Shown in pieces: positions 41,623-52,963 of a DNA stretch of 64,000 bases; position 1 is the stretch's first letter, and every line of letters starts with the position of its first letter. The notes beneath the pieces are model-generated. The model worked only from the letters and a program-made list of their open reading frames with translations. It did not search any database and had not been told where the DNA came from. Source of the stretch: Myxococcales bacterium. GTDB lineage: Bacteria > Myxococcota_A > Polyangia > Polyangiales > Houyiibacteriaceae. The position numbers were made by a program, and so were the translations under genes. The stretch lies in NCBI GenBank assembly GCA_029862185.1, contig JAOTXX010000001.1, positions 21,486 to 85,485 of the forward strand, written 5' to 3'.

Positions 41623-42852
41623 ATGGCGGAAAACGAGATCATTGCTGGGTTGGATCTGGGATCGACGAAGGTCTGCGCGATCGTGGCCGAACAGTCAGAA
41701 GAAGGCCTTGACATCATCGGGATAGGCTCCGTTCCTTCAAAGGGCTTGAAGAAGGGCGTCGTCGTCAACATCGAGTCGACCGTGCAGGCGATTCGCGCCG
41801 CGGTCGAGCAAGCCGAGACGATGGCCGGCGTCGAGATCAACACCGTGTATGCGGGCATTGCCGGAAGCCACGTGCGCGGCATGAATCAGGACGGTGTCGC
41901 CGCGATTGCCAACCGCGAGGTTGCGGCCGAAGACGTGACGCGTGTCCTCGAGCAGGCCAAGGCAGTGCCGCTACCCGGCGACCGCCAAGTGCTTCACGTG
42001 CTCCCTCAAGAGTACATCGTCGACGATCAAGACGGGATCAAAGAGCCGATCGGAATGGCAGGCGTTCGTCTCGAGGCACGCGTCCACATGGTCACCGCTG
42101 CATCGACTTGTGTGGCCAACGTCATCAAGTGCGCGGAGCGCTGCGGCTTGTTCGTCGAAGAGGTCGTTCTGCAACCGCTGGCCAGCGCGCACGCCGTGCT
42201 GAGTGGCGACGAGCGTGAGATCGGCGGAGTCCTCATCGACATCGGCGGCGGAACGTCGGATATCATCGTCTACGTCGATGGCGCAGTCGTGCACACGAGC
42301 TCGATTCCCATCGGCGGCATCAATCTCACCAACGACATCGCCACCGGGCTTCGCACCCCGATGGCCGAGGCCGAGCGCATCAAGATCAAGTACGGCTGCG
42401 CTGCATCGCGGATGGTCGATGACGACGAGACGATCGAGGTGCCATCCGTCGGTGGCAGGCCGTCACGCTCGCTTCCCCGCCGCGTACTTTGCGACATCAT
42501 CGAGCCGCGGGTGGAAGAAATCTTCGCTGCATGCCGCCACGTCATCGCCGAGACCGGCTACATGGACATGCTGGCGTCTGGAGCCATCGTGACCGGTGGG
42601 ACGACGCTCCTCGATGGTTTGCCGGAGCTGGCCGAGGAAGTTCTCGGCTTACCGGTGCGCCGCGGGGCACCCACGGGCATCGGTGGATTGATCGACGTCG
42701 TGAAGAGCCCGTCCTACGCAACTGGAGTCGGACTGGTGAAGCACGGAGCGGACCAACTGGCAGGAGCGTCCGCACCCGAACGAACAGTGGAAGTGACTAC
42801 GAGCCGCGGGTTCGGTCGAAAGATCGGTGCGTGGTTTAGAGAAGTTTTTTAG
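41623..42852 (+). CDS. ftsA: Cell division protein FtsA
   Basis: The actin-like ATPase motifs are present: GLDLGSTKVCAIV, DIGGGTSD and the SHS2 insert. Confidence 0.95.
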   Translation: MAENEIIAGLDLGSTKVCAIVAEQSEEGLDIIGIGSVPSKGLKKGVVVNIESTVQAIRAAVEQAETMAGVEINTVYAGIAGSHVRGMNQDGVAAIANREVAAEDVTRVLEQAKAVPLPGDRQVLHVLPQEYIVDDQDGIKEPIGMAGVRLEARVHMVTAASTCVANVIKCAERCGLFVEEVVLQPLASAHAVLSGDEREIGGVLIDIGGGTSDIIVYVDGAVVHTSSIPIGGINLTNDIATGLRTPMAEAERIKIKYGCAASRMVDDDETIEVPSVGGRPSRSLPRRVLCDIIEPRVEEIFAACRHVIAETGYMDMLASGAIVTGGTTLLDGLPELAEEVLGLPVRRGAPTGIGGLIDVVKSPSYATGVGLVKHGADQLAGASAPERTVEVTTSRGFGRKIGAWFREVF

Positions 42853-42861
42853 GAGGAATCG

Positions 42862-44079
42862 ATGGCTATCTCGATCGAGTTTGCGGACGACGCTGAGCTT
42901 CAGGCACGCATCAAGGTCGTTGGTGTCGGCGGCAGCGGCGGCAACGCGCTCAACACGATGATTCAGGGCGGGCTCGAAGGCGTCGAGTTCATTGCGGCGA
43001 ACACGGACGCCCAGGCCTTGGATCGGAGCCTCGCCCCCGTGAAGATCCAACTCGGCCCGAACCTCACGCGCGGTCTCGGGGCGGGCGGCAATCCTGACGT
43101 TGGCCGCAAAGCCGCACTCGAGGACTTGGAACGGATGTCCGATGTGTTGGAAGGCGCTGATATGGTCTTCGTGACCGCCGGTATGGGCGGCGGCACGGGC
43201 ACCGGCGCGGCTCCCATCATTTCGCAGATTGCAAAAGACCAGGGTGCCTTGACCGTGGGCGTGGTCACCAAGCCATTCCTGTTCGAAGGGCGCAAGCGCT
43301 CCAAGCACGCCGAGCGCGGTGTTCAAGAGCTGATCGATGTCATCGACAGCATCATCACGATTCCCAATCAGCGGCTCATGTCGCTGGGCGACGACGACAT
43401 CACGATGCTCGACGCGTTCGCGCGCGCAGACGACGTGTTGCTGCAGGCCGTCCAGGGCATTAGCGACTTGATCATCAATGCGGGCATGATCAACGTAGAT
43501 TTCGCCGACGTGAAGACCATCATGTCGAGCAACGGACGAGCGCTGATGGGCACCGGCATCGCGAAAGGTGACCGACGGGCGCTCGAGGCAGCCGAGATGG
43601 CGATCAACTCTCCGCTCCTGGACGAGGTTTCGGTGCAGGGAGCGACGGGCATCCTGATCAACTTCACGGCCGGTCCAGACATCAAGCTTCGCGAGATCAA
43701 CGAGGCGGCAGGCCTGGTTCAGCAGGCGGCCCATGACGATTCGGAAATCATCTTCGGAGTCGTGACCGATTCGAATCTTTCGGACACCGTCAAGGTCACG
43801 GTCATCGCCACGGGCTTCGAGAAGAGCGGGCACACGCCCATCCCGCTCGGCTTGCGCCACTCGGCGTCCTCCAATCAGAGCGCGAGCAATGGGTCAGCCA
43901 ATAGGGCGATGCGAGCCGCACCGGCGCGAGCCGACGATTTGTCTTCGACGCTGGAAGGCGCCCCGGCCGTGGTCAGCCAACCTGTCGGCAGCCGCGCCTT
44001 TGGAGCCAGCGCCCTGCACGACGAAGCCGTGCTCGACATCCCAGCCTACCTTCGACGCGGAACCCGTAGCGCCGAGTGA
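42862..44079 (+). CDS. ftsZ: Cell division protein FtsZ
   Basis: The tubulin signature GGGTGTGAAP, NTDAQAL and the C-terminal peptide DIPAYLRR are present. Confidence 0.97.
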   Translation: MAISIEFADDAELQARIKVVGVGGSGGNALNTMIQGGLEGVEFIAANTDAQALDRSLAPVKIQLGPNLTRGLGAGGNPDVGRKAALEDLERMSDVLEGADMVFVTAGMGGGTGTGAAPIISQIAKDQGALTVGVVTKPFLFEGRKRSKHAERGVQELIDVIDSIITIPNQRLMSLGDDDITMLDAFARADDVLLQAVQGISDLIINAGMINVDFADVKTIMSSNGRALMGTGIAKGDRRALEAAEMAINSPLLDEVSVQGATGILINFTAGPDIKLREINEAAGLVQQAAHDDSEIIFGVVTDSNLSDTVKVTVIATGFEKSGHTPIPLGLRHSASSNQSASNGSANRAMRAAPARADDLSSTLEGAPAVVSQPVGSRAFGASALHDEAVLDIPAYLRRGTRSAE

Positions 44080-44108
44080 GCTAAGAGTTATTTCGTACAC
44101 TTAGCTTC

Positions 44109-44136
44109 AAGCCCGGCTTCGCCCGGGCTTTTTGCT
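44109..44136 (+). terminator. Rho-independent terminator after ftsZ
   Basis: aagcccgg (44109-44116) pairs with ccgggctt (44123-44130) across a 6-nt loop and runs into a T tract (ctttttgc). It lies 30 nt after the ftsZ stop. Confidence 0.7.
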
Positions 44137-44326
44137 TTGGCGATCTTCGACGTTCGGAGGGCGGCCTGCGTGCGTGCCAGGGCAACGTTACACAAAATGA
44201 GCCCAATTCACTTTGCAATGACAAGCAAAGCGGGTAGCTTGATGGCGCAAGGGTCATGATTTCTCTTCGAAATTGACCCCTCTAGATTAATTTTTCGCTA
44301 TCTGGCAGACTAGAAGTGGGAAGAGG

Positions 44327-44722
44327 TTGAGGAAGAGTGTTCAGTTGGGGCTCAGTGGCCCTCGTCGGTGCCCCTGCTTTGGGGTTCTCTGCTTTCTGTG
44401 CGCACTCGTGTCCTCCCTCTTCGGCGCGAAGAGCGCCTCGGCCGATGCTCCGCTTCCCGCGATCAAGGCCATGCCGATCGCAGCCCCCGCCGCCGTGCTC
44501 GGCATGACAAACCCCTACGTCATCGCAGCCGCTGCGGCGAAGCCCGAGGTGATCGGCTTTGCGCTTTCGCGAGACATTCTCGACCTCGCAGCGCATGTCG
44601 AGCGAATCGCCCGCTACGGCGTCGATCTAAACCAGCGCAAGCTTCCGCATTCCGAGAAACTGCAGCTTCGTGTGAAGCCAAGCGGTGTCGGTGGTGTTCT
44701 TCAGATCTGTTATCGGCGCTAG
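44327..44722 (+). CDS. Hypothetical small secreted protein
   Basis: 131-aa ORF with a signal-like N-terminus (FGVLCFLCALVSSLFGAKSASA/DA). I recognise no family. The TTG start is uncertain. Confidence 0.4.
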   Translation: MRKSVQLGLSGPRRCPCFGVLCFLCALVSSLFGAKSASADAPLPAIKAMPIAAPAAVLGMTNPYVIAAAAAKPEVIGFALSRDILDLAAHVERIARYGVDLNQRKLPHSEKLQLRVKPSGVGGVLQICYRR

Positions 44723-44740
44723 CGCGTAACATCGGAGCTC

Positions 44741-45859
44741 GTGGCACGCCCCCGGCATCACATCGTCTTGGTTCCCGGCCTGTTCGGGTTCGCGCGGCTC
44801 GGTGGCTTCGACTATTTCATGCACGTCGAGGAGGCGCTCGCGAGCCGCCTCTTGGAGCGGGGTGCGGATTGCGAGTTCGTGCTCGTGTCCGCGCCGCCTA
44901 CTGGCTCCATCGTCCACCGCACGCAGGTGCTCATGGACACGATTCAGCAAAGCTGCGCCGATGATGCGGGGGCCATTCATCTCGTCGGGCATTCGACCGG
45001 TGGGCTGGACGTTCGGCTGCTGGCCTCGCCTTCGGCCTGGCCAGATCCCCCGGCCTGGTTCGATCGGGTTCGAACCGTCACTACGATTGCGACCCCCCAT
45101 TACGGCACGCCGCTGGCCTATTTCTTCACGACGATGGCGGGGACCCGGCTCCTCGAAGCGCTCTCGCTGCTCACGTACGTGACACTCCGCGCGGGCGGGC
45201 CCCCGCTCACCATTTTGGCTCCGATCATCGCGGCCTTGGGTCGAATGGACCAGGCGCTCGGCATCGAGATCAAGCTGCTCGATCGGTCGACCGAGCTGCT
45301 CCTCAGCTTCCTAGGGGCAGAAGGTCAGGCCGAGGTTCGCGACTGGTTTGATGGCATTCGCAGCGATCAGGGTGCCGTCATTCAACTCACACCGGAGTCG
45401 ATGGACATCTTCAACGTCGGCGTCGAGGACAACCCAGATCTTCGATATGGCTGCGTCGTGACCCGCACCCCTCCGCCTGCGCCGCTTCGAATCGCAAAGA
45501 ATCTCCGCTCGCCTCTCAACGCGCTCTCCGCGGCGGTGTTTTCTCCGCTCTACATGGGTGCCGGCCGCACTTCGAAAGTCTATCCGCCGCCCAATCCAGA
45601 GCCCGAGGTTCGCGAAGTTCTCGAAAAGCGTCTCGGGCTGGCCCTCGAGAGCTCATTCAACGACGGGCTCGTCCCAACCACGAGCATGGTCTGGGGCGAA
45701 ATTCTGTGGGCAGGCACCGCGGATCACCTCGACGTCCTCGGACACTTTCACGGTGGCCGCGACTCGTCCCACACCGATTGGCTCGTAAGCGGAGCCCGCT
45801 TCCGAGAAGACGACTTCGACGAGGTCATGGACGCCATCGCCGAGTCCTTGCTGCGTTAG
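44741..45859 (+). CDS. Alpha/beta hydrolase, lipase family I-like
   Basis: HIVLVPGLFGF is oxyanion-hole-like and the nucleophile elbow is GHSTGG. The layout resembles bacterial LipA-type lipases. No obvious signal peptide. Start is GTG. Confidence 0.75.
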   Translation: MARPRHHIVLVPGLFGFARLGGFDYFMHVEEALASRLLERGADCEFVLVSAPPTGSIVHRTQVLMDTIQQSCADDAGAIHLVGHSTGGLDVRLLASPSAWPDPPAWFDRVRTVTTIATPHYGTPLAYFFTTMAGTRLLEALSLLTYVTLRAGGPPLTILAPIIAALGRMDQALGIEIKLLDRSTELLLSFLGAEGQAEVRDWFDGIRSDQGAVIQLTPESMDIFNVGVEDNPDLRYGCVVTRTPPPAPLRIAKNLRSPLNALSAAVFSPLYMGAGRTSKVYPPPNPEPEVREVLEKRLGLALESSFNDGLVPTTSMVWGEILWAGTADHLDVLGHFHGGRDSSHTDWLVSGARFREDDFDEVMDAIAESLLR

Positions 45860-45865
45860 AGGCCC

Positions 45866-46789
45866 TCAGTCGAGTCCGAACTCGCCGCGGTGCGCCGCCA
45901 AGTACGCGATGTAGTGCTCGGCCGGTTGCTCGGATTCGACGTCCCCGGCGTCCACTGCGGCTTCGAGTTGCTTCATGAGGTCACCGAGGCGCTTGGATGG
46001 CGGCACCCCGAACTCCTTCATGATCGCAGTGCCCAAGCCCTTTGGCAGAGGAGCGACCTTGCTGTCTTCTTCCTGAAGATCGTGAATGTGCTTGGCAAGC
46101 AAGCTGATCTGACGGACTCCGCGCCGACGCTTCTCGGGGCGCTTCGTCGTGATGTCCGCACGGCTGAGGTCGAGCAGATCACGAAGGCCTTCACCCATCT
46201 GCTTGTAGAATCGACGAACGGCGGAATCGGTCCAACTATCGTCGTACTGCGCCGCGCGAAGGTGATGCAAGATCAGGAAGTGAATTCGTTCGCGCTGCTC
46301 GCCTTCGAAGCCGAGGCGGTCGGCTACGCGCTTTCGAAACATCGCCGCGCCCACTTCAGCGTGGCCGTGAAACGAAACGTTGCCGCGCTCGTCGATCCGA
46401 CGCGTCTTGGGTTTCCCGATGTCGTGCAGCAACGCGCCCCAGCGAACCGCGACACGCGGGACCGACTGTTTCACGACCTGCTTGGTGTGCTTCCAAACGT
46501 CTTTGTGACGCCACTCGTTGTCGCCGAAGCCGACCATGGCTGCGACTTCGGGCAGCCATGCATCGAGGCCGCCGACCGATTCGATCGCGTCTAGCGCGGG
46601 TTCCGGAAACTTCCCGCAGAGCAGCCTGTCCATCTGTTCGCGAAACACCGAGACCGGCACCGCACGCCACTCCGCCGGAGCACGGCGGTCTGGCTTCCGT
46701 TCGAGCAGCGCGGGGTCTCGCGCCACATCGGCGGCCCAGCTCAACGTTTCGATCGCCCGCTCGGGCGTGACCTTTCGTGCTACGGACAT
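45866..46789 (-). CDS. HD-domain protein resembling the C-terminal half of CCA-adding enzyme / poly(A) polymerase family proteins
   Basis: WRHKDVWKHTKQV...GALLHDIGKP...FHGHAEVGA...ILHHLR is an HD motif. No nucleotidyltransferase head (GGxVRD/DxD) is present. Confidence 0.7.
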   Translation of the reverse strand: MSVARKVTPERAIETLSWAADVARDPALLERKPDRRAPAEWRAVPVSVFREQMDRLLCGKFPEPALDAIESVGGLDAWLPEVAAMVGFGDNEWRHKDVWKHTKQVVKQSVPRVAVRWGALLHDIGKPKTRRIDERGNVSFHGHAEVGAAMFRKRVADRLGFEGEQRERIHFLILHHLRAAQYDDSWTDSAVRRFYKQMGEGLRDLLDLSRADITTKRPEKRRRGVRQISLLAKHIHDLQEEDSKVAPLPKGLGTAIMKEFGVPPSKRLGDLMKQLEAAVDAGDVESEQPAEHYIAYLAAHRGEFGLD

Positions 46790-46792
46790 CGC

Positions 46793-47896
46793 TCAGCCTA
46801 GTATATCGCGGAGCGCCTGGACTAGGCGCCCGTTCTCTTCGGGGGTCCCAATGGTGATTCGAACACAGCTCCGAAGCCGCGAATCACCGCTCGAGAACTG
46901 CCGGACTCCGATCTCGCGCTCCAAGAGCGCCTCGCAGAGCGTTGGAACTTCGCCCGCATATCGGACGAGCAAGAAATTCGCCGCGCTCGGATAGCAGCGG
47001 AGCGCCTCGTGCTGGCCCAGCTCGCCTGCCAGGACCTCGCGCTCGGCGACGATGCTGGTGATGTGCTCTTCGAGCAAGGGGGCGAGGTCGGTCAGCGCAA
47101 GCGTCGCGATCATTTGCGAAGCCGTACTCAAATTGAACGGCTGTCGAACTTTCTCGAGCTCAGCCGAGAGCGCCTCGTCGATGCGGACCCAGCCGACACG
47201 GATTCCCGCAAAACCCACCTTCGAAAGCGTCCCCATCAGGGCGCAGTGAGGGCGCTCCTCCGCAAACGTTGCGAACGACTGCCCCGAGTAGGCTCCGTAC
47301 GCTTCGTCGATCACGTGCAAGGTGTCGGGAAATGCATCGACGAGGCTTTCCACCTTGTCGCGAGAAAAGCAGTTTCCGGTCGGGTTGTTTGGAATGGCGT
47401 AGTACACGACGTTGGGTTGCGTTCGCTCCATCGCTTCGGCCATCGCGTCCGAATCGAGATCCCAGTCCTCGTCCAGAGGCACGCCCAGCGGCTCCCAGCC
47501 GTGTACCTGGCTCGTCATTCGATACATCACGAACGTCGGCTCCGGGACCAGGACGACGGGGCGTTTCGCGCCTCCGCGCGGTCTCGACATCGCCGTCGCC
47601 AACGAAGCGATGAGCTCATCGGACCCTGCGCCGAGGACGTACTCAGCAGGGCTTCCGCCGAGTCCGCGGGCCAGCGCCTCACGAAGTTGCGTCGCGCGAC
47701 CGTCCGGATAGCGATGCATCTCGATCGTGTGCAGGGCCGCGGCGATTCGCGCGCGCGCTTCGGGGGGCAACGGAAACGGACTTTCGTTCGCGCCGAGCCT
47801 CACCTCAGGCGGCGCTGGAGGCACCCGGTACGGGGAGAGCTGCGCGAGCTCAGGCCGCAGGAGTTTTCTGAGAGATTCGATCGACATGCGCCTCAC
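46793..47896 (-). CDS. hisC: Histidinol-phosphate aminotransferase
   Basis: LGANESPFP, IPNNPTG, DEAY and LSKVGFAGIRVGW (PLP lysine) are present. Confidence 0.9.
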   Translation of the reverse strand: MRRMSIESLRKLLRPELAQLSPYRVPPAPPEVRLGANESPFPLPPEARARIAAALHTIEMHRYPDGRATQLREALARGLGGSPAEYVLGAGSDELIASLATAMSRPRGGAKRPVVLVPEPTFVMYRMTSQVHGWEPLGVPLDEDWDLDSDAMAEAMERTQPNVVYYAIPNNPTGNCFSRDKVESLVDAFPDTLHVIDEAYGAYSGQSFATFAEERPHCALMGTLSKVGFAGIRVGWVRIDEALSAELEKVRQPFNLSTASQMIATLALTDLAPLLEEHITSIVAEREVLAGELGQHEALRCYPSAANFLLVRYAGEVPTLCEALLEREIGVRQFSSGDSRLRSCVRITIGTPEENGRLVQALRDILG

Positions 47897-47959
47897 CGGT
47901 CGGGCGGAGTCATTGCACGCCGCGGGCCGCTGTAAAGTGGCCGCCCAGAAGGAGGCCCA

Positions 47960-48778
47960 TCAGTGCAGAACCAGGTCAGCCTGCTGCCGCGCTTCGGCCA
48001 GGGCCTCGCTGACGACACGGGCATCCTTCGCGTCCGGTCTGGCTTCCAAGTACGCCGCCAGATCCTCCGAGGCGGCACCATAGGTGCGAAGGGCGTGGGC
48101 CAAGAGACCGCGGTCGCGGCGGTGCTCGGGCGCCTGCGTGAGCTCGACCAAATGGTCGCAGGCAAGCATGGCCCGGGCGTAGTCCCCCTGACGCCGATGC
48201 GCGTTCTTGAGATTGGCGAGCATGCGGATCGTAATCGTGAGGCAGTCCACGGGCTCGAGGTAGCTCGGATGCAAGGCCATCTCCGCGCCAAGAAACTCCG
48301 CTGCAAGCCTTCGCAAACCTTGACCGTCGAGCAACTCGCCCCGGTTGAAGGGATCCTGATAGACGCCGTTCGACCCGCCGACGCGAACCAAGAAGTGACC
48401 TGGGAATCCGACACCTTCGACATCCATCCCCGCGCGCTCGCCGACTGCCATGGTGAGCACCGAAAGTGAAATGGGAATCCCCCTACGGCGAATCATCACT
48501 TTGTCGAGGTAGCTGTTGTAGGGGTTGTAGTAGTCGTCACGCTCGCCTTCGAAGCCCAGCTCTTCGAAGAGCAGCTCGGCGAGAATCCGCCCGTCGCGCT
48601 CGGGGTTGGAGCGAAGCCCGCGGCGAATCAACGCTTCGGCGCCAAGGCCATCGAGGCTTCGACGCATCGCGTGCTCGTCGAGGAGGGGGCTGGCTTCTTT
48701 GGCGAGGAGGATGGCAACGTCCTCGACCCGTGCGTTGGGACGTTGAAGGATTGACACCAAGGGATCTCCACTCGCCAC
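47960..48778 (-). CDS. SirB1/UPF0162-like protein (transglutaminase-like N-domain plus TPR-like C-domain)
   Basis: YYNPYNSYLDKVMIRRRGIPISLSVLTMAVGERAGMDVEGVGFPGHFLVRV is the signature region of the SirB1 N-terminal family. Confidence 0.75.
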   Translation of the reverse strand: MASGDPLVSILQRPNARVEDVAILLAKEASPLLDEHAMRRSLDGLGAEALIRRGLRSNPERDGRILAELLFEELGFEGERDDYYNPYNSYLDKVMIRRRGIPISLSVLTMAVGERAGMDVEGVGFPGHFLVRVGGSNGVYQDPFNRGELLDGQGLRRLAAEFLGAEMALHPSYLEPVDCLTITIRMLANLKNAHRRQGDYARAMLACDHLVELTQAPEHRRDRGLLAHALRTYGAASEDLAAYLEARPDAKDARVVSEALAEARQQADLVLH

Positions 48779-48879
48779 GATTCTAACCTTGCGTTGCAGT
48801 AGACTGACCCATCGAGCGCTGATGTCGAGCCGAGCGCTGTGCTACACCGGCTTTGATCCCAAGCCTATGTGCTGTTCGA

Positions 48880-49487
48880 ATGCTTGACGAATTTTTGCAC
48901 ACACTGGAACACGGTCCGGTGTACTGGGCGTACGCGCTCGTCGCAGCCGCCGCTGCGGTGGAGTATGTCTTTCCGCCCATCCCAGGAGACACCGTGGCGC
49001 TCTTCGCCGTGGCCCTCGCGGTTCGCGCGCAATTGCATTGGGCTTTCGTATACCTAGCGATGACCGCGGGTGCGCTCCTAGGCGGCTTTGCGGCTTGGGG
49101 CATCGGTGTCTGGCTCGCGAATCACGAAGACGACTGGCCCCCATTTCTGAGAACCCCGGGCGCGACACGGGCTCTCGACGCAGTGCGTCGAGGCTATGCG
49201 CGACACGGCGCAATGTACCTCGCGGCCAATCGCTTCTTGCCCGCGCTCCGCGCGTTCTTCTTCATCGGCGCCGGCTTGTCGAAGATGAACGCCGCGCCAG
49301 TGCTTCTCTACGGTGGGATCTCCGCGGCGGTTTGGAACGCGATGCTGATGGCCGCAGGCTATGCGATCGGGAACAACTGGGACGTGCTCCGGGATGTGGC
49401 GGAACGGTACGCCGTAGCCACCTTGGTCCTGATCCTCGTCGCGGTGGTTGGCGTCGTCGCGCGCTTCATCTGGGACAGCCGGCGCGC

Positions 49488-49491
<4 letters not shown>
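48880..49491 (+). CDS. DedA-family membrane protein
   Basis: [21 protein letters not shown] is the DedA motif (E.....P.PG), and there are several TM helices. The ATG at 48880 is preferred over 48853. Confidence 0.8.
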
Positions 49492-50273
<782 letters not shown>

Positions 50274-50284
50274 CGATGGGCCCC

Positions 50285-52216
50285 TTACTTGTAGCTCCGC
50301 TTGCTGGGCTTGACGTATTCGAAGGTCAGAGGCTCTTTGTGGAGCCGCGGCTCGCCGGGGTTTCCTGTCCACTCCCAGGCCGACACGTGGCTGAAGCGCT
50401 CGTCGTCACGGAGAGCTTCTCCGTTCTCCTCGTATTCTTCGCGGAAGTGACCGCCACAGCTTTCCTCACGTTGCAAGGCGTCGATGCACATCAGCTCGCC
50501 GAGCTCGAAGAAGTCGGCGACTCGTCCAGCGCGTTCGAGCGTCTGGTTGAGCTCGGCGCCGCTTCCCACGATCTTCACTTCGCGCCAGAACTGGTCGCGC
50601 AGCTTCGGAATCTCGCGCAGGGCTTCTTCGAGGCCCTCTTTGTTCCGCGACATGCCGCATTTGGTCCAGATGATCCGGCCGAGCTTACGGTGGAAGTACT
50701 CTGGTGCATGCTTGGGCTCCGGTGCGTTCATGAGCTTGTGGATTCGCTCCTCGACCGCACGGACTGCCCGAGTCACATCGGCATGGTTTTCGTCGAGCGG
50801 AGGCAGGGTCCGAACCTCACCCAAGTAGTTGCCAACCGTGAATGGCAGCACGAAGTAGCCGTCGGCCAGGCCCTGCATCAGCGCAGAGGCACCAAGGCGG
50901 TTCGCGCCGTGGTCGGAGAAGTTCGCTTCGCCGCCCGAAAAGAGCCCCGGGATTGTGGTCTGTAGGTTGTAGTCCACCCACAGCCCGCCCATGGTGTAGT
51001 GGGTCGCGGGGTAGATGCGCATCGGCGTCTTGTACGGGCTATCGCCAGCGATGCGCTCGTACATGTCGAAGAGGTTCCCGTATCGCTCCCGAATCGTCTC
51101 CTCGCCTAGGCGGTTGATCGCATCGCTGAAATCGAGATAAACGCCGCGCCGTTCGCCGTCGACCTCCAAGCCTACGCCGAGGCCTTCGCTGGTTACGTAC
51201 AGCGCGTTGCGCGACGCCACGTCCCGGGGGACGAGGTTACCAAACGCAGGGTAGCGCTCCTCGAGGTAGTAGTAGCGGTCCTCTTCGGGAATATCCTCGG
51301 GACGTTTGGTGACGTCTTCCTTCTTGCGAGGGACCCAAACACGTCCGTCATTGCGGAGCGACTCGCTCATGAGGGTGAGCTTCGACTGGTAGCTACCGGA
51401 CTGCGGGATGCACGTCGGATGGATCTGCGTGTAACAGGGGTTCGCGAACGCCGCACCGTGGCGGTGCGCGCGCCATACCGCCATGCAATTGCAGCCCTTG
51501 GCGTTGGTCGAAAGGTAGAAGACATTGCCGTACCCACCGGTGCACAGAACTACCATATCGGCGATGTGCGGGCTGATCTTGCCGGTCTTCATACAGCGCG
51601 TAACGATGCCGCGCGCGCGACCATCGTGAACGATCAGGTCAAGCATCTCAGTTCGCGGCATCATTTCCACGGTGCCCTCTTCGATCTGGCGGCAGAGCGC
51701 CTGGTACGCACCGAGAAGGAGTTGCTGACCCGTTTGCCCACGCGCGTAGAAGGTCCGGGAAACCTGGGCGCCGCCAAACGAACGGTTTGCCAAAAGCCCT
51801 CCGTACTCGCGCGCGAACGGGACGCCCTGAGCAACGGCCTGGTCGATGATGTTTACGCTGAGCTGCGCGAGCCGGTACACGTTCGACTCGCGGGAGCGAA
51901 AATCCCCGCCCTTTACCGTATCGTAGAACAGCCGGTAGACGCTGTCGCCGTCGTTTTGGTAGTTCTTCGCGGCGTTGATTCCACCCTGTGCGGCAATGCT
52001 GTGCGCGCGACGCGGGCTGTCCTGATAGCAAAAGCACTTGACGTTGTAGCCCATCTCTCCGAGCGAGGCGGCTGCTGCGCCACCCGCGAGGCCGCTCCCC
52101 ACGACGATGACCGTGTGCTTGCGGCGGTTGGCCGGCGCGACGAGCTTGCTCGACTCTTTGTGCTTTTCCCAACGATGCTCGATGGGACCGGTCGGTTCGT
52201 TCGATCGAAGTTGCAT
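50285..52216 (-). CDS. sdhA: Succinate dehydrogenase/fumarate reductase flavoprotein subunit
   Basis: [14 protein letters not shown] and [14 protein letters not shown] (FAD-linking His) are present; 643 aa from MQLRSNEP. The 802-aa track ORF runs into sdhC. Confidence 0.95.
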   Translation of the reverse strand: MQLRSNEPTGPIEHRWEKHKESSKLVAPANRRKHTVIVVGSGLAGGAAAASLGEMGYNVKCFCYQDSPRRAHSIAAQGGINAAKNYQNDGDSVYRLFYDTVKGGDFRSRESNVYRLAQLSVNIIDQAVAQGVPFAREYGGLLANRSFGGAQVSRTFYARGQTGQQLLLGAYQALCRQIEEGTVEMMPRTEMLDLIVHDGRARGIVTRCMKTGKISPHIADMVVLCTGGYGNVFYLSTNAKGCNCMAVWRAHRHGAAFANPCYTQIHPTCIPQSGSYQSKLTLMSESLRNDGRVWVPRKKEDVTKRPEDIPEEDRYYYLEERYPAFGNLVPRDVASRNALYVTSEGLGVGLEVDGERRGVYLDFSDAINRLGEETIRERYGNLFDMYERIAGDSPYKTPMRIYPATHYTMGGLWVDYNLQTTIPGLFSGGEANFSDHGANRLGASALMQGLADGYFVLPFTVGNYLGEVRTLPPLDENHADVTRAVRAVEERIHKLMNAPEPKHAPEYFHRKLGRIIWTKCGMSRNKEGLEEALREIPKLRDQFWREVKIVGSGAELNQTLERAGRVADFFELGELMCIDALQREESCGGHFREEYEENGEALRDDERFSHVSAWEWTGNPGEPRLHKEPLTFEYVKPSKRSYK

Positions 52217-52224
52217 GAAGACCC

Positions 52225-52872
52225 TTACAAGGTGACGAAACCAGCGAGCACCGAAATCGGGAACGACAGGTTGCCGAGGGTGATAGCGGCGGAAATCGCG
52301 ATCGCCGCATCGCGGCGATAGGCGTTGTAGCGCGGATGGTTGGCGCCCAGCGTTTGGGCCGCGCTGAAGATGCCGTGGAAAAGGTGAAAGCCAAGGGCGA
52401 TGTTGCCCGTGATATACACGCCTGCGATCCAAGGGTTCTGAAAGCCTTCGACGACGTTGCGATAGACCTCTCCAGGATGCTCCGGCAGGATTGTGAAATG
52501 CAGCAAGTGGTAGACCACGAAAAGCAAGAGAATGGGACCGGACCAGTACATCGTGCGCGCCGCATAGTCGGTGGCCATGTCTTGGTGCTTCTTGTAACGC
52601 GAACCACGCGCCTTCATGTTCCGCGACCAGAGTGAGAACGCCGACACGATGTGAGCCCCGAACGCGAAGAGCAAAAGCAGTCGCGTACCCCACAAAACCG
52701 GGGTCAGGCTTTGGAGGAGGTGAGCGTAGTCATCGAGCGCTTCCTGGCCGCGGTAGAGGTTCAGATTGCCTAGGAAGTGGCCGATCACGAAACCGACGAT
52801 GATGAGCCCGGACAAGGCCATGACCACTTTCTTTCCGATGGTCGTTTGATGCAGCGTCAAGGCTCGTTGCAT
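52225..52872 (-). CDS. sdhC: Succinate dehydrogenase cytochrome b558 subunit (type B, 5-TM)
   Basis: 215 aa and polytopic, with conserved His residues (GHFLGN, AFGAHIV, YHLLHF, GFHLFHG). The gene order is sdhC-A-B. Confidence 0.85.
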   Translation of the reverse strand: MQRALTLHQTTIGKKVVMALSGLIIVGFVIGHFLGNLNLYRGQEALDDYAHLLQSLTPVLWGTRLLLLFAFGAHIVSAFSLWSRNMKARGSRYKKHQDMATDYAARTMYWSGPILLLFVVYHLLHFTILPEHPGEVYRNVVEGFQNPWIAGVYITGNIALGFHLFHGIFSAAQTLGANHPRYNAYRRDAAIAISAAITLGNLSFPISVLAGFVTL

Positions 52873-52963
52873 GGGTTCTCCTCAGTGCCCCGCGCGGCGG
52901 GCGGCTGATTCATACATCCACCAGCCAGGGCTTGCCAGAGGCGGGCGGAAAAACGCAGGCGCT

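Noticed and set aside
44327-44722. The small secreted protein upstream of the lipase-like gene as a lipase-specific foldase (Lif).
   Set aside because: Lif chaperones are ~300+ aa, membrane-anchored and usually encoded downstream. The lipase-like protein here also lacks a signal peptide.
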